Shown: piece by piece, positions 40,701 through 48,560 of the stretch
Layout of the letters: each line of letters begins with the position of its first letter
How positions within the stretch are numbered: the stretch's first letter is position 1
Source: Cenarchaeum sp.
GTDB lineage: Archaea > Thermoproteota > Nitrososphaeria > Nitrososphaerales > Nitrosopumilaceae
Assembly: GCA_965206845.1 (NCBI GenBank)
Contig: OZ242221.1
Location: 608,001-672,000 of the forward strand
Length of the DNA stretch: 64,000 nucleotides
Direction of reading: 5' to 3'
Notes under the pieces: generated by a model
Told to the model about the DNA's origin: nothing
The model's input: only the letters and a program-made list of their open reading frames with translations
Databases searched by the model: none
Translations under genes and position numbers: made by a program

Positions 40701-41381
40701 CTACCGCACGATAGTCTCAAACCTTCCCCCAATATCTGCCATGTAGATCACATCCGGGATTCTTGTAAAGATGCCGCACTCCATCACGCCGGGAATTGCA
40801 ATGATCTTCTGCCGCAGCGACTCTGGCTCTGTTATCGTACCAAAATCGCAGTCCAAAATTATATTTCCGTTCTCGGTGATAAACGGATAGCCCCTCTCAA
40901 GCTTCCGGAGACTCGGCCGACCTCCCAGATCTGTGATCTTCTGGATCGCAGACGTCCTTGCCAGCTGGTGAACCTCCACCGGAACCGGCCGGGCAAGGTT
41001 TGTTACAAACTTTGACGAGTCGGCCATGATTACGACCTTCTCTGCCATGCCTATGAGGATGTTCTCCCGCAGCAGCGCGCCGCCGCCTCCCTTGATTACA
41101 AACCCCTGTGAGTCGATCTGGTCCGCCCCGTCAAACACCACATCGATGCACCCGACCTGATCCGCCTCAACCAACGGAATGCCGCCCAGCTGGGCGGCCA
41201 TTTTGATCTGTAGTGATGTGGGAACGCCCCTGATGTCTACATCTCCTGCGCGAACCAGCCGCGACAGCGACTTGACAAAGGCGGTTGCCGCCCTGCCGCT
41301 TCCCAGTCCCAGTATCTGCCCGTCACTCACAAACTTTAGTGCATCTGTTGACAATGCCTCGATGGCATCATCAAAGGACAA
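40701..41381 (-). CDS. rpiA: Ribose-5-phosphate isomerase A
   Basis: GLGSG, PTS, DGAD, KGGGGALLRE, PVEV, TENGN.ILD. Confidence 0.93.
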   Translation of the reverse strand: MSFDDAIEALSTDALKFVSDGQILGLGSGRAATAFVKSLSRLVRAGDVDIRGVPTSLQIKMAAQLGGIPLVEADQVGCIDVVFDGADQIDSQGFVIKGGGGALLRENILIGMAEKVVIMADSSKFVTNLARPVPVEVHQLARTSAIQKITDLGGRPSLRKLERGYPFITENGNIILDCDFGTITEPESLRQKIIAIPGVMECGIFTRIPDVIYMADIGGRFETIVR

Positions 41382-42224
41382 CTACTCCACCTCGGTCTCG
41401 CTGAGTTTGGAGAGTGTTTTTGTGATCTCCAGCTTGAGCGCCTCAAGGTCGTCTGCGTCGTCTGGCTCTGCGGGATCCGTACCCGGGACCTTGGCGGTCG
41501 GCTGTGCCGCCGCGGGTGGCTTTGACGGTACGGGGGCGATCGGGGCGTCAGGTGCGTCTGTTCCGGACTCGCTTTGTACTGCCAGGGGCTTTGAGGGTAC
41601 GGGGGCGACGGCTATCTGGGCCGGCTCCTGCCTTGTCCGCTTGATCTTCTGCCGCGACCGCCTTGCGGCACTTCCCGGTGTGGCTGGCCTTGCCCTGCCC
41701 GTGGCAGGCTGCAGAACACCTGCAGATGTATCCAGCTCGTCGATCTCGATATCCGGCAGCAAGATGGCCGGCACGTCGGTCGGTGGCGCCCTTGCGGGCT
41801 CAGCCGGCTTTGCTGCACCAGCAGGCTCCCGAGCCTTCTGCATCCCCGCAGCAGAGATCTTTGACGACATCTCGCCTAGCCTCTCCTCGATATGCGACAG
41901 TTTTTGATCCAGATCTGCCAGCCCGCCGTGCAGGCTGGGCTCTGCGCCAGTCGACCTCAGCCACTCGATCCTTCCTGCTGTCTCCCCCAGCTGGTGCTGG
42001 TACTTTGCAAGCAACCTGTTGTACTGAACCCTTGTCAGCCCGTCCTCGTGTCTGTACAACCTTGCAATGGTCTTTGTGAGTACGTCTCGCTCTATCTCAA
42101 GCTCGGCAATCTTTGGTATGATGTGCGGTTCTGCCTCGGTAGCGCGGGGCGGGCCCCTGGGAAATTTTTTTATCGCCACTGCCGTTGCAAGACCTGCAAA
42201 TGAGCTTAAGACGAGTTCTAACAA
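41382..42224 (-). CDS. Hypothetical coiled-coil protein with Pro/Ala-rich linker
   Basis: N-terminal hydrophobic segment, coiled-coil, low-complexity middle, acidic helical end; abuts rpiA. Confidence 0.7.
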   Translation of the reverse strand: MLELVLSSFAGLATAVAIKKFPRGPPRATEAEPHIIPKIAELEIERDVLTKTIARLYRHEDGLTRVQYNRLLAKYQHQLGETAGRIEWLRSTGAEPSLHGGLADLDQKLSHIEERLGEMSSKISAAGMQKAREPAGAAKPAEPARAPPTDVPAILLPDIEIDELDTSAGVLQPATGRARPATPGSAARRSRQKIKRTRQEPAQIAVAPVPSKPLAVQSESGTDAPDAPIAPVPSKPPAAAQPTAKVPGTDPAEPDDADDLEALKLEITKTLSKLSETEVE

Positions 42225-42406
42225 TTACGTGTACCATTTGATCCAAGAGTATTTACGCATTTTGGAGTCTGGAGAACCGCAGCTCGCGCATCGTTGATGA
42301 CGCTTGTGAAATGAGTTGTTTCCGCATCTCCTGCACCGTATATGGACCTTTTTTTTGGTAAAAGCCCCCATGGATGTTGTGCCTTTTACCATATTGGTCG
42401 CACCAC

Positions 42407-42637
42407 CTACGCCGGAGGTGGAGAGATCATTACAACATTGTCTCCCCTTACAATTATGGTACCAAGACTGGTAGAATCGCCGTCAGTAGTAATCTCTTCT
42501 GACTGATCCAGCAACAGGTTCATGTGCTGGTCAAATCCAAGCAGGCTGCCACGGATGGTCTTACCGCCCTTGAGCTTGATAAGAACAACCTTGTTAATGC
42601 TCTCATCTAGTACTTTTACCGCCATATCTACCGACAT
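42407..42637 (-). CDS. Sm-like (Lsm/SmAP) RNA-binding protein
   Basis: [23 protein letters not shown]. Confidence 0.95.
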   Translation of the reverse strand: MSVDMAVKVLDESINKVVLIKLKGGKTIRGSLLGFDQHMNLLLDQSEEITTDGDSTSLGTIIVRGDNVVMISPPPA

Positions 42638-42682
42638 TTACTTTACCTACAGCTTGTAGTTATGGAGGATTATATTAAAATA

Positions 42683-43408
42683 TCACTTGTGTAACTTTCG
42701 AGCGCTGCCTGTAAGGCAAAGTTGACATTCTTTGTGCAGATTTGCAACAACCTGGGCCAGGATCCTGTGCCCCTGCTCTGCTGTGGCCCCCGTGGGATCC
42801 CCCCAGATGCCGTTTCCGGTGGCGGTGGGAAACGACTTTGACGCCAGTCGCGATATCCTTCGCAGCTCCCCCCTAGAGAGATCCCGCGTGTCTAGGCCCT
42901 TTACGGCCCGGGACATGTCCGTATTTTGGGAGATGGCAAGCATGAGCGAGGTCTCGACGTGGCCTGCGTGGTCAAAGGGAATGTCCATAAAATGCCAATA
43001 GGAGAGTACAAAGACCCTGACCCTTCCGCCAAGGCGCCTCTCGGTCTTCCCCGCAAGCCGAGCCAGGGCCTTTTGGTTTCCGTGATGTCCGTTTACCACA
43101 AATACGTTCTCCACCCTGTTTTTGGTCAGGGACTCGATCAAATCAGACATCACCCCTAGCAGGGTACGGCCGCTTATGCTCAGCTGGAAGAGCGGTTGGT
43201 GCTCGTACGACACGCCGTATGGCACTGTGGGCAGCTGAAGAAAGCCACCCATCTCACATAAGCGCCCTGCCACCTCTGTTACGATGTCAGTGTCGGTGGA
43301 GACCGGCAGGTGCGGCCCGTGCTGCTCGATTGATCCCACAGGCATCACCGCATTCAGGCATCCTGCCTCCCTCAGCACGGGATCGGACTGGCAGGCTAGC
43401 TTCATCAT
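42683..43408 (-). CDS. Creatininase-family amidohydrolase (possibly ArfB-like)
   Basis: PVGSIEQHGPHLP..TD, S.EH, NGHHGN, DHAG..ETS, G.WGDP. Confidence 0.88.
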   Translation of the reverse strand: MMKLACQSDPVLREAGCLNAVMPVGSIEQHGPHLPVSTDTDIVTEVAGRLCEMGGFLQLPTVPYGVSYEHQPLFQLSISGRTLLGVMSDLIESLTKNRVENVFVVNGHHGNQKALARLAGKTERRLGGRVRVFVLSYWHFMDIPFDHAGHVETSLMLAISQNTDMSRAVKGLDTRDLSRGELRRISRLASKSFPTATGNGIWGDPTGATAEQGHRILAQVVANLHKECQLCLTGSARKLHK

Positions 43409-44325
43409 CCGTCTCCTGGATCTGGCGCTGAACTTGTTCCGCCAAACATCATATCCAGCATGGGATAGAGCTGTCCGGCGGGCTTTTTGGATCTGGTGTG
43501 GACCTTTCTCCAGCGAACCTCGAGCCTGTTGGAGAGGTGCATCTTTACTGCGCGCAGTAGAGTCTTTGACTCCAGCTCCTGTCCCCTCTTTTTTATCTGC
43601 TCCAACGGGTCATCAGGATCCACGCTAAAGGAGCCCTGAAAGATGATGGGGCCCTGATCCAGATTCTCTGTCACATAGTGGGACGTCACCCCCACTATCT
43701 TGGTGCCCCTCTCGTAGGCCTGCGAGTAGGCAAACGCTCCCGGAAACGCTGGAAGCAGGGAAGGGTGTATGTTTATGATCCTGTTGGGATACCTCCACAC
43801 GAAGCTTGGCGTGAGGATTCTCATGTACCTTGCAAGCACGATAAGATCGACGTCATACTCCTTGCAGATGGCCAGCAGCCTGTTCTCTGCCTCTGCCTGC
43901 ACCTTGTGGTTTACCAATACAAAGGGCACGCCGGCCTCCCTTGCGACTGGCTCCAGGGTCTCCTCGGTTCCCACTATGACGCAGATCTTACCCATCAGCG
44001 TGCGCCTCCCCTTGAGCAGGGTCTCAAGGCACAACGGCTCCCGCGTTACAAACACCGCAATGTTCTTCCGCGATGCCGTCTCGTGGTGGGTGCTTACATC
44101 CATGTCTTCCTTCTTTGCCAGCACCTGTATGCGCCGATCCAGCTCCTTGGCATCAATCTTTTTGCTAAACGACACTTCTAGGTACATTCCGAAGAGACCG
44201 TGGATGACATTCTGGTTCATCTTCTCGATGTTTCCCCCGTTTGCAAAGGCAAAGTGGGTAAACGCCGCCACCACTCCCTCGTGGTCGCGACCCACCACGG
44301 TAATGCCGATTACGGTCTTTCCCAT
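43405..44325 (-). CDS. purU: Formyltetrahydrofolate deformylase
   Basis: N-terminal ACT (G.D..GVVA), LARYMRIL, INIHPSLLPAF.GA, G.K..G.TSHYVT..LDQGPII. Confidence 0.92.
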   Translation of the reverse strand: MGKTVIGITVVGRDHEGVVAAFTHFAFANGGNIEKMNQNVIHGLFGMYLEVSFSKKIDAKELDRRIQVLAKKEDMDVSTHHETASRKNIAVFVTREPLCLETLLKGRRTLMGKICVIVGTEETLEPVAREAGVPFVLVNHKVQAEAENRLLAICKEYDVDLIVLARYMRILTPSFVWRYPNRIINIHPSLLPAFPGAFAYSQAYERGTKIVGVTSHYVTENLDQGPIIFQGSFSVDPDDPLEQIKKRGQELESKTLLRAVKMHLSNRLEVRWRKVHTRSKKPAGQLYPMLDMMFGGTSSAPDPGDG

Positions 44326-44450
44326 ATCGGCCTTGATTCGCAATTCCTTATTAATGCGCATCCCATGAAGGCTTGGTGCCGCTCCCGGTTCCGCGGTAAG
44401 GCGATGGGTTTAGGTGTGTGGTCGGATGGCCGCTCCCGCATGTATGGTTA

Positions 44451-44538
44451 TGGTGCGGAAGGTGGGATTCGAACCCACGAACTCCTGAAAGACAGGGTCC
44501 TAAGCCCTGCGCCTTTGACCAGGCTTGGCAACTCCCGC
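44451..44538 (-). tRNA. tRNA-Leu (anticodon TAG), CCA encoded
   Basis: GCGGGAG..GCCAAGCCTGGTCAAAGGC..CAGGG-CT-TAG-GA-CCCTG..long variable arm..GTGGGTTCGAATCCCAC-CTTCCGC-ACCA. Confidence 0.95.
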
Positions 44539-44586
44539 ATAGTGCGTCGCCCAAACACAAATTTATCTATTGTTAAGATGACCTGT

Positions 44587-45936
44587 ATGGCTGGACTTTT
44601 TGGAACGAACGGCGTCAGAGGGGTCTTTGGGGCGGACCTCACCCTGGAGCTTGTGCACGATGTTACCCTGGCAGCCGCATCATACTTTGAGGACGGGCTC
44701 ATACTGGTGGGGTACGATGGCCGGAAGACAAGCCCGCTGATCTCAAAGGTGGTGTGCTCGGCCCTGAACTATGCCGGCCTGGACTGCGGCGCGGCTGGGC
44801 TGGTTCCGACCCCGGCGCTGGAGTTTGCTGTAAAGAGTCTGGGGTACCGTGGAGGCATCATGATTACCGCGTCGCACAACCCCCCGCAGTACAACGGCAT
44901 CAAGCTAGTGGCACGTGACGGTGTCGAGATCTCACGGGAGGACGAGCGCGTTGTGGAGGACACATACACTACAAAGAGATACCGCCGGGGCACGGACTGG
45001 GGGAAGACATCGGCCGAACCCCGCGTCCTCGGCACGTACCTTGACGGGGTATGCCGGCAAATCAACACGGAGATGATCATGAAGCGCAGATATACGGTGG
45101 TTTTGGATCTGGGAAACGGAGCACAGGCAATTGCGGCGCCAGAGTTGGCAGGCAGGCTTGGCTGCACCGTCCATACTATAAACGGGGTCGTAGACGGGGA
45201 ATTTCCCGGAAGGGGATCCGAGCCCACGCCAGCAAACCTGGGCGCGCTCACCAGGGCGGTGCTGGAGAACGGAGCGGATCTTGGCATTGCATTTGACGGT
45301 GACGGGGATCGAAGCATGCTGTGCGACGAGCTGGGCACCATACTTACCGGGGACCGGTCGGCCCTCCTGCTCTCCGGCTTCCTGCTGGAGAGGAGCCCGG
45401 AGGCAAAGATCGTCACATGCGTAAACTCTGGCCTTGCCATAGAGGATGTGGCTGGACGGTTCTCTTCGGACGTAATCAGGACAAAGGTTGGGAGTGTAGA
45501 GGTATCCAGGCGGATGGTTCTTGAGGACGCCCTCATAGGATTTGAGGAGAACGGCGGATTCATGTTCGGGCCGCACAATCAGGTAAGGGACGGATGCATG
45601 ACCTTGGCGCTGGCGCTGGACATGATGGCGCACACCGGCAGAAGCATCTCGTCGGGCGTGGCCGGCCTTCCGCCGTCGTACACCGCAAAGGACAGGATAT
45701 CCTGCACGCCGCAGCAGGCGCGGGGGATCATTGCTATGCTGAAGAGTGAGCATCCCGGCGCCGATACGGCCGATGGTATCAGAATACCCCTGGGTAGAAG
45801 GGAGTGGGTAATGATCAGGCCCAGTGGAACGGAGCCCGTACTTCGTGTTTATGCCGAGTCGGATTCCCGGGAAAACCTCGGGAGGCTCATATCCGGGTAC
45901 GTCTCAAGGATCAGATCGGCGCTTGATGCCACCTAG
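44587..45936 (+). CDS. Phosphohexomutase (phosphoglucosamine/phosphomanno-mutase)
   Basis: FGTNGVRG, TASHNP, FDGDGDR, GFEENGG, RDG, IRPSGTEP..RVYAE. Confidence 0.92.
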   Translation: MAGLFGTNGVRGVFGADLTLELVHDVTLAAASYFEDGLILVGYDGRKTSPLISKVVCSALNYAGLDCGAAGLVPTPALEFAVKSLGYRGGIMITASHNPPQYNGIKLVARDGVEISREDERVVEDTYTTKRYRRGTDWGKTSAEPRVLGTYLDGVCRQINTEMIMKRRYTVVLDLGNGAQAIAAPELAGRLGCTVHTINGVVDGEFPGRGSEPTPANLGALTRAVLENGADLGIAFDGDGDRSMLCDELGTILTGDRSALLLSGFLLERSPEAKIVTCVNSGLAIEDVAGRFSSDVIRTKVGSVEVSRRMVLEDALIGFEENGGFMFGPHNQVRDGCMTLALALDMMAHTGRSISSGVAGLPPSYTAKDRISCTPQQARGIIAMLKSEHPGADTADGIRIPLGRREWVMIRPSGTEPVLRVYAESDSRENLGRLISGYVSRIRSALDAT

Positions 45937-46040
45937 GCCAGAATGCAGGAGCCAGGTCCGTACAGAGACGCAGCGCGCGCCGATGTTGTGGATCTGATCC
46001 ACCTGCAGTACGTCAATCCGGGGGCACATCTGCGGACTGA

Positions 46041-46049
46041 ATCCTGCAG
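46041..46049 (+). repeat. 9-bp target site duplication, left copy (right copy 47283-47291)
   Basis: ATCCTGCAG directly abuts both TIRs. Confidence 0.92.
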
Positions 46050-47282
46050 GGCTGTGTCCCACGGACATATACTCCCCCAAAATCGCAAGGCATAATGATC
46101 CGATGATCGCGGCTCGACCCAATGAAAAAAGGAAAACGCGATCAGCGACAATGCGACCTGGTCCAGCAGCATCTGCCGGGTCTCATACTGAGCACGATAC
46201 TGGGGATAGTTGAGGATCTGGGCGACCCATACCGGGCCAGGCCCGGACTGGGCGGCATGACCGCCTACCCGCCAAAGGCCATGGCCGTCGTCTGCATTCT
46301 CATGGAAGCAGAGGCGCGCACCTACCGAAAGATGGTGGGCCACCTCAGGATGAACCGGGGCCTCGCCATGAAGATAGGGCTGCTCAAGATACCCTCAAAG
46401 AGCACCATATGGCGCGCCTACGGCATGATCCCCGAGCCGTACCTGCGGGAGGTCCACACGAGGATCATCGGCGACGTCATGGTGACCGGCTCGTTGGCCG
46501 GGGACAGCACCGGCTACTCCAGCAACAGGTTCGTCCGGTGGTTCAGCATCCGCCACGACCAGGTCAGGCTCAAGCGCGGCTGGGTCAAGCTGCACAGCAT
46601 CGTCGATGTCTCCACCAGGACCGTCTTGGACTACCTGGTCACAGACGGGTACGCCTCCGACATCACAGGATTGTGGCCGATGCTGGGAAGGATCGAAGAA
46701 GGCGCCGACTTCTTCTGCCTGGATTCGGCCTACCTGGCAAGGAAGATTTGCGACGCGATAGCTGCCAAGGGCATGGTACCGCGCATCCGGCCCAAGTCCA
46801 ATACCGTCTGCAAGAACGGGGGCAGCCAGGCCTGGGGCGATATGACCAGGACGCACAGGGACGAGCTGGCCCGGTTCATGGACGAGTACCACCAGCGCAG
46901 CATCATCGAGGCCGTCTTTGGGGCAATCAAGAGAATGTATGGGAACCACCTCAGGAGCCGCAGGCGCGCCCGGCAGAGCCGGGAGATAGCAATCCGGGTC
47001 ATCTGCTACAACATCGAGGTGGTCGCGCGATCGCACGTAAAAAGCGGCAGGCTCACGCACGAGTCGCTCACTGCAATGGCTGCCTGACTGGCGCGGTAGC
47101 CGCCGCGCCGTCCGTGGGGGAGCCTGCGCACCATCCCTTGGATCGGATGGGATTTTACAGTTTCGGACAACATTTGAAGCCGGCGGTATGTGAAAAATGC
47201 CACAATCCCAAGAATTCGAAGAATACCTGTACCGACGCGACGACGGCGGATGATTGTGGGGTTATGTCTCTAGGACACAGCC
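46050..47282 (+). mobile_element. Complete IS5-family (IS903-like) insertion sequence, 1233 bp
   Basis: Left end GGCTGTGTCCCACGGACATA; right end reverse complement GGCTGTGTCCTAGAGACATA (17/20); flanked by ATCCTGCAG on both sides. Confidence 0.93.
46122..47087 (+). CDS. DDE transposase (IS5/IS4 superfamily)
   Basis: GDSTG, RGWVKLH, LDSAY, YHQRSIIEAVFGAIK = Y(2)R(3)E(6)K. Confidence 0.93.
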   Translation: MKKGKRDQRQCDLVQQHLPGLILSTILGIVEDLGDPYRARPGLGGMTAYPPKAMAVVCILMEAEARTYRKMVGHLRMNRGLAMKIGLLKIPSKSTIWRAYGMIPEPYLREVHTRIIGDVMVTGSLAGDSTGYSSNRFVRWFSIRHDQVRLKRGWVKLHSIVDVSTRTVLDYLVTDGYASDITGLWPMLGRIEEGADFFCLDSAYLARKICDAIAAKGMVPRIRPKSNTVCKNGGSQAWGDMTRTHRDELARFMDEYHQRSIIEAVFGAIKRMYGNHLRSRRRARQSREIAIRVICYNIEVVARSHVKSGRLTHESLTAMAA

Positions 47283-47327
47283 ATCCTGCAGACAACACTT
47301 TTATGACCAAATGGAAAAATTTTTGAA

Positions 47328-47732
47328 ATGGAAACAAACCCGAAGGTAAAGAAAGCATACTATGTTAAATTTGAAACACCTCAGGATCTTGTCAGCCCGA
47401 TACTGGAAGCCATCAGGGTTGCAGCAACCAGCGGCAAGGTAAAGAAGGGCACAAACGAGGCCACAAAGGCGATAGAGAGGAACCAGAGCAAGCTCCTAGT
47501 CATTGCCGAAGATGTGCAGCCGCCCGAGGTAGTGGCGCATCTCCCATTGCTCTGCGAGGAGCAGCACGCGGCATACGCCTTTGTTCCAAGCAAGCACGAT
47601 CTCGGCAAGGCGCTGGGAATCGATATCACTGCGGCAGCAGCTGCCATTTTGGACTCCGGTGATGCCCAGCACATAGTTGACCAGGTAATTGCATCCATTG
47701 AGAAGATAAAAGGTGGCAAGACTGATCAATGA
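47328..47732 (+). CDS. rpl7ae: 50S ribosomal protein L7Ae
   Basis: [34 protein letters not shown]. Confidence 0.96.
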   Translation: METNPKVKKAYYVKFETPQDLVSPILEAIRVAATSGKVKKGTNEATKAIERNQSKLLVIAEDVQPPEVVAHLPLLCEEQHAAYAFVPSKHDLGKALGIDITAAAAAILDSGDAQHIVDQVIASIEKIKGGKTDQ

Positions 47733-47941
47733 GCACCGAGACTGAAAAGATAACTCCTGCAGAAGTTATCCAAATTGTTGGCAGAACCGGCATTGCGGGT
47801 GAGGTAATCCAGGTAAGGGTAAAGATACTCGCCGGAAAGGATCGGGGACGTCTTCTCACAAGGAATGTAAAAGGCTCGGTTCGCATGGGCGACACAATAA
47901 TGCTTCGCGAGACCGAGAGGGAAGCAAAGAAGATAAAGTAG
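47729..47941 (+). CDS. rps28e: 30S ribosomal protein S28e
   Basis: [25 protein letters not shown]...L.ETEREA. Confidence 0.96.
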   Translation: MSTETEKITPAEVIQIVGRTGIAGEVIQVRVKILAGKDRGRLLTRNVKGSVRMGDTIMLRETEREAKKIK

Positions 47942-47954
47942 GGATCTTGCGCGC

Positions 47955-48155
47955 ATGAGTCTCTTAGTTAAATCCTGCAGTTTCTGTAACAGGCCTGTAA
48001 GAAAGGGCTCTGGCACCATGCTGGTAAAAAACGACGGAACCCTTCTGTGGTTCTGCTCGGCAAAGTGCAAGAAGAACATGCGGGATCTCAAGCGCGATCC
48101 GAGAAAGCTCAAGTGGACCAACAAGTACGTCAAGGGCGGAATCAGGAGAAAGTAG
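47955..48155 (+). CDS. rpl24e: 50S ribosomal protein L24e
   Basis: CSFC...GSG.MLVKNDG...FCSAKC, PRKLKWT. Confidence 0.96.
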   Translation: MSLLVKSCSFCNRPVRKGSGTMLVKNDGTLLWFCSAKCKKNMRDLKRDPRKLKWTNKYVKGGIRRK

Positions 48156-48158
48156 GCC

Positions 48159-48560
48159 ATGGCCGAACAAACGCTGTTTATAGTCAAGCCAGATGCGGTA
48201 AGACGCGGGCTGACAGGTCAGATAATTGCACGGTTTGAGCAGAAGGGATTTGTGCTGGCCAGGCTGAAGCTGTTTCGGTTCACAAGGGAGCAGGCAGAGG
48301 AGTTTTATGCGGTGCACCGGGACAGGCCGTTTTTTGGCGAACTGGTGGACTTTGTGGTATCGGGCAACGTGGTGGCGGCAGTAATCGAGGGCCACAACGC
48401 AATCGCAACGGTACGAATCATGGTGGGCGCAACAAAGTCTTTCGAGGCGGCGCCGGGTAGCATCAGGGGCGACTTTGGACTGGGATTTACGGACAACATA
48501 ATCCACGCATCGGATTCGATTGAGAGCTTTGCACATGAAGCGAGGGTAGCATTCCAGTGA
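48159..48560 (+). CDS. ndk: Nucleoside diphosphate kinase
   Basis: KPDAV.RGL.G, GAT, PGSIRGDFG, NIIHASDS. Confidence 0.96.
   Translation: MAEQTLFIVKPDAVRRGLTGQIIARFEQKGFVLARLKLFRFTREQAEEFYAVHRDRPFFGELVDFVVSGNVVAAVIEGHNAIATVRIMVGATKSFEAAPGSIRGDFGLGFTDNIIHASDSIESFAHEARVAFQ

Noticed and set aside
41515-41612. Duplicated APVPSKP-coding segment
   Set aside because: Ordinary short duplication in a low-complexity linker
44200-44586. 129-aa N-terminal extension of the phosphohexomutase ORF
   Set aside because: Overlaps purU and tRNA-Leu on the other strand; the family start is at MAGLFGTNG (44587)
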